This document shows, piece after piece, positions 9,013-18,633 of a DNA stretch of 64,000 bases. The notes under the pieces were generated by a model. That model was given only the letters and a program-made list of their open reading frames with translations, was not told where the DNA came from and did not search any database. The stretch comes from a virus. Each line of letters starts with the position of its first letter. Position 1 is the stretch's first letter. Where the stretch lies: IMG/VR virus record IMGVR_UViG_3300009177_000031, positions 1 to 64,000 of that record, one strand, 5' to 3'. Both the position numbers and the translations under genes were made by a program.

Positions 9013-10167
9013 GTGCGTCTTCCTCAGCTCAAAGTGATTCAGGACGAGGTACGCGAGCCGGTGCATTGCTCGCAGAACGACTACTGTTCGAGCTGTCGGC
9101 TCTACGAGAAGAACGGCGGTCGTTGCGAAGGTTGCACGAAGAAGCACCGTGCCGAGATGCGCCAGGAGTTCCAATGGTGCTACCAGGAGTGCCACACCTG
9201 CACCGGGTACAAAGCGACGGTGACAGCTGTTTGCTGTCGTTCACCGCTGAAGAACATGTACCTCGATGCGGTGACGCAGAACCCTGATAACTGGAACGAG
9301 CCGAAGTTTGAGATCACGGCGCGCGACCGGTTGGAGTTCAAACGCAAAGCGATTGCGCACCTCAGCCAGAAGTGCAACTTCACGGCGACGGTCGGCGATG
9401 CGTTTGCTGACCACGCTGTTGTCGCGACGAACATGAAGGTGGTCGTGAAGCCGAGCGGCAAAGGCTTCGTGAGCGACGATTTGCACGACTACCTCAGTCT
9501 CAGCAAGCGCACGAAGATCATCCTGACCACGATGGACATCGATGATCATTTGGAGAGCGCGTGGCGCGAGGAGTTCTACGCGGACCCTGCGCTATACGAG
9601 AAGGTCGGCATCTCGTACTGGATGCCGCTCGCGTTCTCGACGTTCAACGGCACCGATGCGAGGATGCACCACTACTACCAGTTCTGTCGCACGTACTACG
9701 CGATGGAGCGAAGCAAGGCGCACTTCGTGCCGGCGTACTACCGCGTGCCTGGCATCAGGCTCGACGACTTGATCATGCGCGCGCTGGAGAAGGTGCCGCA
9801 GATCATGTTCAACGCGCAGTTCCTCGGATCGAAGACGTCGGACAACCTCCGCGTGCAATTGGGTCACGTGCGATCGTGGCATCAGTTTGCGCCGGCAAAC
9901 GTCGCGTTCTGGTTCGTTGGTGCGAGCACGCCGACGTTCTTCCACAACGTGCGGAAGCTGATTGGCGAGCGCGATGCGTACTTCATCAGCGGCAAGCCGC
10001 TATACATGTCGCTGTGGGGACAGCGCATGAAGAAGGACGGCAACGAGCGCGACCTGACGCCTGACGATCATCCAGAGAAGCCGCAGCTCGTTGCGGACAA
10101 CTTCAAGACGTTCCGCAAGCTGGTCAAGAAGTGGAACAAACCGCAGAAGGAGGAAGCGACGACATGA
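9013..10167 (+). CDS. DUF4417-like protein with Cys-rich N-terminus
   Basis: GTG after AAGGAG; about 10 Cys in the first 80 aa; DDHLESAW...AFSTF...R pattern resembles DUF4417. Confidence 0.5.
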   Translation: MRLPQLKVIQDEVREPVHCSQNDYCSSCRLYEKNGGRCEGCTKKHRAEMRQEFQWCYQECHTCTGYKATVTAVCCRSPLKNMYLDAVTQNPDNWNEPKFEITARDRLEFKRKAIAHLSQKCNFTATVGDAFADHAVVATNMKVVVKPSGKGFVSDDLHDYLSLSKRTKIILTTMDIDDHLESAWREEFYADPALYEKVGISYWMPLAFSTFNGTDARMHHYYQFCRTYYAMERSKAHFVPAYYRVPGIRLDDLIMRALEKVPQIMFNAQFLGSKTSDNLRVQLGHVRSWHQFAPANVAFWFVGASTPTFFHNVRKLIGERDAYFISGKPLYMSLWGQRMKKDGNERDLTPDDHPEKPQLVADNFKTFRKLVKKWNKPQKEEATT

Positions 10168-10652
10168 AGGAGTTCACGCAAACGGAGCTGTATCCGCGAG
10201 GCAATTGCTGGCAGACCGCAGTGGCGTGCGTGCTAGGCATCGAGCCGGATCAACTGCCATCGCAATTCGATTCGTACACGGAAGCCGAGCGCGAAGGCGT
10301 CAAGTATTGGGACCTGCACTACAACAATCCGCTTCAGGCGTACCTGCGGAAGCACCACGGTCTCGCGTACGTCGAGTTCCACCAGCCAGAGGAAGCGCTC
10401 TCGCAGCTGCGTATCGAGGGCTACCACCTCATCACTGGTGACACCGTTCGCACCGAGCAGTACGGCGGCATTCGCCACGTCGTGGTCGCGAAGGATGGGA
10501 AGGTCGTTTGGGACCCGCATCCAAGTCGTGCAGGGCTCATCGGCAACATCCGGTGGGCTGTGCTTTCGCCATGGCCGAAGCTGTGGCGCTGGGATGACAG
10601 CTCGCTCGTTTGCGTTTGTCCGGCGTGCAAGGAGTCGTCAAATGCAGGATGA
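10164..10652 (+). CDS. papain-like (C39-type) peptidase-fold protein
   Basis: GNCWQTAVA...HVVV...WDPHP gives Cys-His-Asp order; GGAGG RBS. Confidence 0.55.
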   Translation: MKEFTQTELYPRGNCWQTAVACVLGIEPDQLPSQFDSYTEAEREGVKYWDLHYNNPLQAYLRKHHGLAYVEFHQPEEALSQLRIEGYHLITGDTVRTEQYGGIRHVVVAKDGKVVWDPHPSRAGLIGNIRWAVLSPWPKLWRWDDSSLVCVCPACKESSNAG

Positions 10653-10935
10653 GAAGAAGCCAGACTTGCACCATTCGCAAGGTGTGCAGGTTTCTGAAGT
10701 GTTGAGCGGCGTGGATGTGGACAAGGCTCGCAAGGAGGATGTGCTCACCCAAATCGCAAACAGCTTGGTGAGCGATTTGGTGAGCCGTCCTGAAGCGTTT
10801 GTCGCTCACCTGACGTCGCTGCTTATCAGCGGCAAGAAGCGCACGCGTACGATCGCGCAGCGAGGTAGCGACGGCAAGATGTACGAAGTTAGCGTGACGT
10901 TTGAAGTCAAAGAAGTCGATGAGGTGACACCGTGA
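10642..10935 (+). CDS. hypothetical protein
   Basis: AAGGAG RBS; stop overlaps the next start. Confidence 0.65.
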   Translation: MQDEKKPDLHHSQGVQVSEVLSGVDVDKARKEDVLTQIANSLVSDLVSRPEAFVAHLTSLLISGKKRTRTIAQRGSDGKMYEVSVTFEVKEVDEVTP

Positions 10936-11765
10936 CTAAGTTCTTCGTCGCTACGTGCGGCACCGAGAAGATCAAGACGTGTTGGAAAGCAGGCGAGCAC
11001 CGTGTCTCGCTCGAAACATGCCGGCCGAACGACTGGAACATGAACGAAGTCGCGCCGCAGATGTTCGAGAAGCTGAAGCTCGTCATCAAGGAGACGCATG
11101 ATCAGGCAGGGCGCATCCCTCCGATCGCGGTGCGTCCGCATCCGAAGAAGAAGCGGCTGCTTCAGATCATCGATGGTGAGCATCGCTGGAAGATTCTTCC
11201 GTTGCTCGGCATCACCGAGATCGACGTCGTGGTGCTCTACGTCGACACCGAGCGCGCGATGCTGATGACGGCCGAGCTGAACTACAACCGTGGCGAACCG
11301 AGCATGGAGAAGTACCCCACGTACCTCGCTCGCGTGATGAAGGAAGCGGACGTGGATGCGAAGTACCTCGCAGAGCGTTTGCCGGACAGCGAGGACGAAA
11401 TCCGCTCCTATTTGGAGGCGGCAGATCTGGATGTGGACGAAATCCACATCCCGGATGACGACGACGAAGATGACGAAAAGACGTCTGGAAAAGACGCTTC
11501 CGAGAGCGATGCGCTCGTCGAGATCAAGTTTGTGGTGAGACAAGGCGCGGCGGAAGTGATAGAACGTGAAGTGTCAAGGTTGAAGAAGCATCTCGGCGGT
11601 GGAAAGAACGAACGCGATCGTGCATTTGAAATGATGGCAGTGCTCTCATCTCAAACACCAGATGGGAGCATTGCTTCATCAATGGAAGAAGACGAAGACG
11701 AGATCGACGTTTCAGTCGACAAGCCTCGCAAGAAGAAAAAGAAGAAGCTCAAGAAGCCAGATTGA
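10932..11765 (+). CDS. ParB/Srx-like N-terminal domain protein
   Basis: PNDWNMN, PPIAVR, QIIDGEHRW and N.NRGE motifs; acidic linker and Lys-rich C-terminus. Confidence 0.8.
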   Translation: MTKFFVATCGTEKIKTCWKAGEHRVSLETCRPNDWNMNEVAPQMFEKLKLVIKETHDQAGRIPPIAVRPHPKKKRLLQIIDGEHRWKILPLLGITEIDVVVLYVDTERAMLMTAELNYNRGEPSMEKYPTYLARVMKEADVDAKYLAERLPDSEDEIRSYLEAADLDVDEIHIPDDDDEDDEKTSGKDASESDALVEIKFVVRQGAAEVIEREVSRLKKHLGGGKNERDRAFEMMAVLSSQTPDGSIASSMEEDEDEIDVSVDKPRKKKKKKLKKPD

Positions 11766-11768
11766 CCT

Positions 11769-12107
11769 ATGAGCGATTTGGAAGACGAAAGCTACATTGC
11801 AGGCGACTTCTATTCGCTCATTGGATCAGCACAGCTCAACGAGCTGAAGCAGGTGGAGCTAGCGTACGTAGCTGAGCGCGAAGAAGCGCAACAGCTCACG
11901 CAAGAGCAGAACCCTGGCGCGATGACACTGATGCAGATCGCAGATCTGCGCTCACAGAAAGAACTCGACGCGGTTGCTGAAGAGAAGAACGCAGTCGAAG
12001 ACAAGCGCCTCGCGGATGCTGAGGTGCAGCGCAAGGAGCAAGAGAATGCCCGACTCCAAAACAAGTTCCCACCGCCAGATCTCAAGCACGGGGGGTACGA
12101 TTCGTGA
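11769..12107 (+). CDS. hypothetical coiled-coil protein
   Basis: Acidic helical ORF in operon packing. Confidence 0.6.
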   Translation: MSDLEDESYIAGDFYSLIGSAQLNELKQVELAYVAEREEAQQLTQEQNPGAMTLMQIADLRSQKELDAVAEEKNAVEDKRLADAEVQRKEQENARLQNKFPPPDLKHGGYDS

Positions 12108-12267
12108 GTGCGCGTGCGGCAAATGCGGTGACTCGCGTTTGACAACGCCAGGCACGAAGTGCGAATGCGGTGGCGTCATGAAGGCGCAGGATCGCGGCGA
12201 AGGAGACATGATGCGCAAAGCGTTTGGTCTCGAAGACACTGACCTTCGCAAAGGCGGTCTGCGGTGA
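12046..12267 (+). CDS. small Zn-ribbon protein with several xxK-A/G sites
   Basis: AAGGAG before ATG 12046; CGKC...CECG; MKAQ, MRKA, LRKG. Confidence 0.5.
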   Translation: MPDSKTSSHRQISSTGGTIRECACGKCGDSRLTTPGTKCECGGVMKAQDRGEGDMMRKAFGLEDTDLRKGGLR

Positions 12268-12698
12268 GGTTCCTCGTCAAGCTTCAGGCGATCCTGTCGG
12301 AAGACAACGATCAGCTGCAACGCTACCTGGACTTCAATCAGGTGGTTGATGACACGCTTCCGACGACGCAAGACGGTGGCGTGTTCACGCTCGCTGCGCT
12401 TGCGACGCAGCAAGTGCTGTTTCCAAAGGTGACGAACGGCAAGTACCTCGCCATCGTCGTTTGGAGTGGCGAAGCGCAGTACCGCGTGAACAACATCGGT
12501 TCGCAGCTGTTGGGCATCAAGCCGAATCCAGCGACGACGCCGGATCCAAACCTGCCCTATCAGAAGACGGCGCAACCAGGACTCGTCTTCTGCGGACCGA
12601 TCAGCGTTTCAGCGCCGCTCACCGCGCTGTGGCTCGTCAACCCCTCGTCGACGACTCCTGCGCGTGTGCAGGTCGCGATCGTCGGTGAAGCTGCATAA
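12264..12698 (+). CDS. hypothetical beta-rich (virion-like) protein
   Basis: GTG overlapping the previous stop; beta-strand composition. Confidence 0.65.
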   Translation: MRFLVKLQAILSEDNDQLQRYLDFNQVVDDTLPTTQDGGVFTLAALATQQVLFPKVTNGKYLAIVVWSGEAQYRVNNIGSQLLGIKPNPATTPDPNLPYQKTAQPGLVFCGPISVSAPLTALWLVNPSSTTPARVQVAIVGEAA

Positions 12699-12711
12699 CA
12701 AGGAGTCGATC

Positions 12712-14280
12712 ATGACGATGGATTTGCAAACGCTCCGTATCAACCGCACGCCTGTCAGCGAGAACCGCAAGTGTGAAGGTTGCGTGCACTACGACGGCAA
12801 CGCCGCTGCAAAGGGTGGCGCGTGCGAGGTTGGTCAATCGCCAGCGCTGTGCGGCAACGGTGGAGAGCCGAAGTACGGCTACGCTGCGCTCGCCGATCTG
12901 TCGCCTGACGAAGTCGACGATCTTGCAACGCCGCTCATCAACGGTCCGCAAGGAACGATGAACGAGCACGGCGAGATCGAGAAGACGATCACGATGAAGC
13001 GCGTGTGCCTCGGTGACGAGGATCTGACGATCGCGCAGCGCATCCACGGCGAGCAATCGAAGTACACGAAGAAGTCGTGGGGCTACGCCGATGGTCAGGT
13101 GAACGCGTTTGCCGGTGCCGAGCTGGCGCACGAGCGCACGGTGAACCCGGAGCATCCGATGATCGACGTCGCGAAGTCGCTGCACGACATGTACATGTCG
13201 CCGCGCAAGCAGCACAAGTACGGCGTGACGGACGTGCTCGCGTTCCTCCAATCGCGCGGCATGCCGGTGACGGATGACGAGATGGAGGTTTGCAAATCGC
13301 GCTTCGGTGCGACTCGTCAGGTTCCTGTCGGTCACGCGGAGAATCCGACGTTGCCGCAAGCTGCGGCTGGATTGCGCGCACACAACACCGCGACGCGAGC
13401 GCCTGGCGGTATGGGCTCGCAAACGCCGTCTGCACCGGTTGCTGCGAAACCTCGTCGATCTGGTTCGGCGACGCAGCAAATGCCGATCGCGAAGTCGATG
13501 CCGAACGTTCGCAAGATCGGTGGCGACAGCGACCCTTTTGATCGCAGCCGTCTGTCGAAGTCGACAGGCGGCGAAGGGTCGCGTGGTGGCAAGGTCATCG
13601 GTCACACCAAGAGCGGCAAGCCGGTGTACGAAGGCGTCGAGCACAAGAACTGGAGCCAGCACAACGATCACTTCAGGACGCCGGAAAACGAGCGCAAAGC
13701 GTCGGCAGAAGACGCGATGCAGGCTTCGCAAAAGGCGTACAGCAAGGCGTACGCGGCGCACAAGATGTCATCGCGCAGTCACTCGAAGAAGCACAAACCA
13801 GAGACGTGGGATCCGGCCGAGCATCACGCTGCGGCTGAAGCCTACGAGGAAGCGGCTGTACATCACGAGCATGCTTCGCATCACGCGAACCCGTCGCGTC
13901 CAGACACCGAAGGGCTTCGTCGACCTGGTGAGCCTGAGTATCTCTCGAAGGAGTGGCATCAGCGCGAAGCAGAGCATCGCAACATTCGCGCAGAGCATCA
14001 CCGGCTGAAAGCGGACATCGCGCAGCACCTACGCGACAAGCAGTATGGTCTCGCGCACGACACAGCCAAACAGCTCGCCGAACACCCTCAAGCTGGTGCT
14101 CACGCACTCGACAAGCTCGATCACGAGAAGATCCTCGAACACGTTGCGAAGAAGACGTCGAAGGTTCCGCACAACGAGATGGTTGCACGCGATGCGGAAC
14201 AAGAGGGCAAGCATGATGTAGCTGCAAAGCTGCGTCGTTTGCGGAAGTCCGAGACGCCAAACGTTCGCCGCATCGGCTGA
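12712..14280 (+). CDS. putative head-packaged multidomain protein (GSRGG tag, His-rich module)
   Basis: AAGGAG RBS; LSKS-TGGEGSRGGKVIGHTKSGKPVY; immediately upstream of the portal. Confidence 0.75.
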   Translation: MTMDLQTLRINRTPVSENRKCEGCVHYDGNAAAKGGACEVGQSPALCGNGGEPKYGYAALADLSPDEVDDLATPLINGPQGTMNEHGEIEKTITMKRVCLGDEDLTIAQRIHGEQSKYTKKSWGYADGQVNAFAGAELAHERTVNPEHPMIDVAKSLHDMYMSPRKQHKYGVTDVLAFLQSRGMPVTDDEMEVCKSRFGATRQVPVGHAENPTLPQAAAGLRAHNTATRAPGGMGSQTPSAPVAAKPRRSGSATQQMPIAKSMPNVRKIGGDSDPFDRSRLSKSTGGEGSRGGKVIGHTKSGKPVYEGVEHKNWSQHNDHFRTPENERKASAEDAMQASQKAYSKAYAAHKMSSRSHSKKHKPETWDPAEHHAAAEAYEEAAVHHEHASHHANPSRPDTEGLRRPGEPEYLSKEWHQREAEHRNIRAEHHRLKADIAQHLRDKQYGLAHDTAKQLAEHPQAGAHALDKLDHEKILEHVAKKTSKVPHNEMVARDAEQEGKHDVAAKLRRLRKSETPNVRRIG

Positions 14281-14291
14281 AGGAGTAGTCA

Positions 14292-16097
14292 ATGGCGCTT
14301 GTCGATCAGCACGGGCGAGAAGTCTCCGTCATGCCGGTGGATGCACCGGTATCGGAGCAAATCCAGAAGGCAGTCACAGCTGCAACGGAGGAGCTGTTCG
14401 ACAAGATGGATCGCGTGCTGTCGATGTCAGCACCACCGCCACCGAGCGCAAACGAGCCGAAGGGCTGGTACACCGATCCGTTTGCGCTTCTCGACTCGCT
14501 CGGCATGGGCTACCGCGCGAACCCAAGCCACGTGACGTACGAGACGCTTCGTCAAATGACGGAGCGCGACACGTTGCTTGGTAGCATCATCAACACGCGC
14601 ATCGCGCAGATCAGCACGTTCTGTCGCGAGCAAGAGAACAAGTACAGCGTCGGCAACCTGGTGCGTTTGAAGGGCGCCGATCGGCACAAGCGACGTCTGA
14701 CGAACGGTGAGAAGGATCGCAAGAAGAAGATCGAAGCCTACGTCGAGAACATGGGTGGCGAGCGCAACGTCACGCGCGACAAGTTTGGCAACGCGGTGAA
14801 GAAGCTCGTGCGCGACACGCTCTCGTACGATCAGGCGAACATCGAGAATCACTTCACGCGCGGTGGTGACCTGCACCAATCGCTCGTGCTCGACGCGACG
14901 ACGATTCGCATCGCCGATCAGACGAAGACGAACCCTCGCGGCATTCCGCTGAAGCCGTCCGACGAGAAGACGCACATCATGTACGCGCAGATCCTCAACG
15001 GAGAGATCGTGCGCGAGTTCACGCCTCGCGAGCTGGCGTTCCCAATTCGCAATCCGCGCTCGAACCTCAAGGTCGGTGGCTACGGCTTTCCAGAGCCGCA
15101 GCTCCTGATCCAAACCGTCACCGCCCACATTTGGGCTGAGGAGTGGAACCGCAAAGCGTTCTCGCAGGGCTCGACGATCAAGGGTGTCCTCAACATGCGA
15201 GGCAACATCGATCGTCAGAAGTACGACAACTTCAAGCGTCAGTGGACCACGCAGGTTGGTGGCATCACAAACGCGTGGAAGACGCCCATCATCAACAGCG
15301 ACGGCATCGACTTCGTTCCGATGCAGATGTCGAACACGGAGATGGGCTACCAGATGTGGATCGAGTATCTGGTCAAGATCGCGTGCGCCATCTACCAGAT
15401 GGACCCGACCGAGATCAACTTCGACCTGCGCGGTGGCAGTGGTACCGGTCAACAGCCGACGTTCGTCTCGTCAAACGAGGCGCAACAGAAGATGTCGCGC
15501 GACCGCGGTCTGCGCCCGCTGCTTCGCTTCTTCGAGGATCTGTTCAACCAGCACATCATCGATCGCATCGATCCTGACTTCGAGCTGGCGTTTGTCGGTC
15601 TCGACGCGAAGACGGAAGCGGAAGCGGTCGAGCTACGTCAGAAGCAAGGCCAAACGCACCTGACCATCAACGAGGTGCGCGCGCTCGAAGATCTGGATCC
15701 GATTCCTGGTGGCGACGTCATCATGAATCCGACGTACACCGGCTACCTGCTACAGCAACAGCAAATGCAAATGCAGGGTGGCGCTGGTGGCGGTGGTGGT
15801 GGAATGCCTGGCATGCCTGGTGGGCAGCAACAGCAGCAACCGCCAGAGCAACCGTACGCGAATCGGTTTGGACACGCTGGTTCGCCACCGACGGACGGTG
15901 CGAAGGCCGGCGCGAAGAACCTGCAATCGATGTCGCACAACAAGCCGCAGCAAGACGACGTGCACGACGAAGACGACGACATCCGCATCCTGCGGCGTGA
16001 CGATTGGTCATCGAGCGTTCACGCATCGGTGCGTGACAACGACCTGCGTAAGAGCGAGCGGAACGCGGTGGCGGACTTCTTCGAGATCGACCTGTAA
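14292..16097 (+). CDS. portal protein
   Basis: IINTRIAQI, RDTL.YDQ, IRNPR...GYG.PE, FSQG...KGVL, WK.P, TINEVR..EDL.PI.GGD; Twort/SPO1-like portal. Confidence 0.93.
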   Translation: MALVDQHGREVSVMPVDAPVSEQIQKAVTAATEELFDKMDRVLSMSAPPPPSANEPKGWYTDPFALLDSLGMGYRANPSHVTYETLRQMTERDTLLGSIINTRIAQISTFCREQENKYSVGNLVRLKGADRHKRRLTNGEKDRKKKIEAYVENMGGERNVTRDKFGNAVKKLVRDTLSYDQANIENHFTRGGDLHQSLVLDATTIRIADQTKTNPRGIPLKPSDEKTHIMYAQILNGEIVREFTPRELAFPIRNPRSNLKVGGYGFPEPQLLIQTVTAHIWAEEWNRKAFSQGSTIKGVLNMRGNIDRQKYDNFKRQWTTQVGGITNAWKTPIINSDGIDFVPMQMSNTEMGYQMWIEYLVKIACAIYQMDPTEINFDLRGGSGTGQQPTFVSSNEAQQKMSRDRGLRPLLRFFEDLFNQHIIDRIDPDFELAFVGLDAKTEAEAVELRQKQGQTHLTINEVRALEDLDPIPGGDVIMNPTYTGYLLQQQQMQMQGGAGGGGGGMPGMPGGQQQQQPPEQPYANRFGHAGSPPTDGAKAGAKNLQSMSHNKPQQDDVHDEDDDIRILRRDDWSSSVHASVRDNDLRKSERNAVADFFEIDL

Positions 16098-16101
16098 GGC
16101 G

Positions 16102-18633
16102 ATGCAGCTCATCTTCAAAGCGACGAACGTCAAGCATCCGGGTAGCCGCGGTGGGCAATTCTGGATCGACGACAAGGGGCAAGCTCGCTACGACGAGAAG
16201 CCGACGGAGCAGAAGCGTCCGCACAAGTACCTCGCAATCGTCACGCTGTCGGACGGCACCGAGAAGCGCATCGAGCCAAACGACGACGAGCTTGACGAAT
16301 ACGGTCAGGTGATCGGTGGTCAGGCGAAGATTCGCGAGATCATCAACCGCGCACTGTTCGGTGAGTACGGCTTCAAGCCAAACGGAACCTTCTGGCAGAA
16401 GAAGGGCATCCTCATCGAGTACAAGACGCGCACGACAACGCGCGGCAAGACGGAAGTCGACGCGATCCAGCGTCACCAAGGCTACACGTCGTTCGAGTTC
16501 CGTGATTCGTCCGTGTCGCGCGCGTACGGCGCAGAGCTTCCGAAGAAGATCACGCAGCACTACGTCGATCCGAAGGACGTCACGTCGAAGCACGAACCGC
16601 TTCCGTCGAAGGAGAAGATCGAGCTTCCTGAAGGCGCGACGTCGGATCAACCGCCGATCGAAGAGATGAGCATCCACACCGTGCCGAAGCGGTTGCCGAG
16701 CACGCTGACGGCGATTGGCGAGAAGCTGAAGGACAACGAGAACCCAATCGCAATCGCCGATGCGTACCTCGATGCGACGTTCCACGCGCGCAAGCCGAGT
16801 CAGGCGAAGACGGAAGCCGGACAGACCAAGGCGCGCGCAGAGCGCGAAGGTCAGTTCAACGAAGTCATCGGTCATCGCAAGATCGAGCGGCTACCGATTT
16901 GGGCAATCGCGAAGTACGACTCGCCAGCGCAATTGCAGCAAGAGCTGTCGCGCGATGGTGGACGTCCGCTCACGACGCTCATCACGCTCGGCGTTTGGGA
17001 TGAGAACAACAAGAGCAAGCGCGTTCGTGAACAGCTCATAGCGGAGTGGTCAGGCTTCTTGCGCCGCTGGTCGCAGCGCTTCGCGAGCGTGTACGCGAGC
17101 ACCGATTCGTACCGCAAGTTCGACAAGCTCGAAGGTGGGAGCAAGGCTGCGCGCGATTGGATGCACGATCGCCAGCGTGACCTGTTCAACGAAGGTGTCG
17201 CCGTGTTGCTGGACGAGGCGAACAAGTACCAGGCGAACGACGAGCCGGCCGGACCCGACAGCCGATTCGATCTGAAGGTCACGAACGCGATCAAGAACCA
17301 CCTGGAGAAGAAGGCGAAGCAGGCCGCAGTCGAGGTGCACGGCGCGACGTACTCCGAGGATTTGGCCGAAGAGGAAGCGTTCAGCCCACCGCGCATGCTC
17401 ACGCCGCGCGAGCAATTCGAGCTGCGTCACTTCGAGCCGCAAGCGATCGAGATTCTCAATTGGGCGACGTCAACGCTCAAACCAGAGCAACGTGCGGCGT
17501 TCAAGTCGCGTTTGTGGATCGACGACTACGAGAAGCATCCTGACGCATCAGAGGAGCGCGTTTGGAACGAGCGACGTGCCGAGCGTATGCAGAAGCACGG
17601 TGAGTCGAACCTGCATTGGGGACGTCCGTGGATTCGCTCTGGCGACAGCGGCACCGTGCAGGCGATGAGCGACATGCTTGGTGACATCGAAGTGAAGCTG
17701 CGCGGTGGTAAAGGCATCGCGAAGCTTCGCACGCTGAAGCCGCAGCATCAGATGTACTACCTGGAGAAGTGGTTCAACGAAGCGCAGGAGCACGTTCTCA
17801 ATCAGCTGAAGACGAAGGGCGGCGGTCTTTCGTCTGAAGGCAGGGTAGTCGAGCGCTGGCTGCGTTTGGAAGAGAAGCTCGCGCACGTGAACACGAAGGA
17901 GATCACGGACCGCGTGCAGCACAAGACGGTGCAAATGCCGCTGAAGCCGGCTGCGCCGATCGTCGAGCACAATCGCGCTCACGAGAACCCGTCCGTCACG
18001 TTCTTCAAGCAGCCTGGAACGAACCGCGAGCTGGCCGAGCGTCTCGGCATCCTCGGCGATCTCGATCTGCCCATCGCGCTGAAGAACGTGAACCTTCCGA
18101 AGCAATACGAAGAGAAGCTGAAGCGCGTCGAGGACTACCATCGGCGTTTGCAATCGAACCTGAAGCACGTTGGCGATCTTGGTGTGCTTCGCGACGAAGC
18201 GCATGCGGCGATGGAGCGTCACCGCAACATGGGCTCGTGGTACCACTCGCCGAGCGGTTCGATGGAGTGGCATGAGGACAACGGCGTGGTTGCTCTACAC
18301 GAAGCGTTGCTGAAGCTGCACAAGACGAAGGGCGAAGACCAAGCCGCTGTCACCGCGTTTACGAACGCCGCAAACGCGCTCGGCAAAGAGCATCCGATGG
18401 TGCAGGACTACGCGCGACGTTTGGCGACGCTCGGCATGGATCCACCGACGAGCACTGATCTCGCAGCGTGGAAGGCTCGCTCACATTCGGCGTATCGCGA
18501 GCACGCGAACCGGTTGCACCTGATCGAGTTCGCCCAAGAGCAACGCAACGCGAAGAAGTCGATCCGCGATTTGCGTGATGCCTTCAAGAAGTGCATCGGT
18601 GCGTACGACGATCTCAGGAAGGCGTTCGTGTAA
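16102..18633 (+). CDS. putative head-packaged protein with sigma-70-like domain
   Basis: N-terminal LIFKA...PGSRGGQFW tag; region-2-like EQLIAEW...RDLFNEGVAVLL.A.KY...RF....AIKN; region-4-like L.PEQR...RL. Confidence 0.65.
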   Translation: MQLIFKATNVKHPGSRGGQFWIDDKGQARYDEKPTEQKRPHKYLAIVTLSDGTEKRIEPNDDELDEYGQVIGGQAKIREIINRALFGEYGFKPNGTFWQKKGILIEYKTRTTTRGKTEVDAIQRHQGYTSFEFRDSSVSRAYGAELPKKITQHYVDPKDVTSKHEPLPSKEKIELPEGATSDQPPIEEMSIHTVPKRLPSTLTAIGEKLKDNENPIAIADAYLDATFHARKPSQAKTEAGQTKARAEREGQFNEVIGHRKIERLPIWAIAKYDSPAQLQQELSRDGGRPLTTLITLGVWDENNKSKRVREQLIAEWSGFLRRWSQRFASVYASTDSYRKFDKLEGGSKAARDWMHDRQRDLFNEGVAVLLDEANKYQANDEPAGPDSRFDLKVTNAIKNHLEKKAKQAAVEVHGATYSEDLAEEEAFSPPRMLTPREQFELRHFEPQAIEILNWATSTLKPEQRAAFKSRLWIDDYEKHPDASEERVWNERRAERMQKHGESNLHWGRPWIRSGDSGTVQAMSDMLGDIEVKLRGGKGIAKLRTLKPQHQMYYLEKWFNEAQEHVLNQLKTKGGGLSSEGRVVERWLRLEEKLAHVNTKEITDRVQHKTVQMPLKPAAPIVEHNRAHENPSVTFFKQPGTNRELAERLGILGDLDLPIALKNVNLPKQYEEKLKRVEDYHRRLQSNLKHVGDLGVLRDEAHAAMERHRNMGSWYHSPSGSMEWHEDNGVVALHEALLKLHKTKGEDQAAVTAFTNAANALGKEHPMVQDYARRLATLGMDPPTSTDLAAWKARSHSAYREHANRLHLIEFAQEQRNAKKSIRDLRDAFKKCIGAYDDLRKAFV

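Noticed and set aside
10932-11765. ParB protein as evidence for plasmid-like partitioning
   Set aside because: No ParA or parS array seen; the domain and context fit the ParB/Srx-like N-terminal type found in phage accessory clusters.
1-14291. Terminase large subunit upstream of the portal
   Set aside because: No ORF with a terminase ATPase plus RNase H-like nuclease layout was recognised; it probably lies outside the window.
15778-16101. Upstream extensions of ORF-track starts (15778, 18591, 20722, 28320, 36339, 48441, 60802 and similar)
   Set aside because: They overlap the preceding gene out of frame; downstream starts with an RBS or stop-start coupling fit better.
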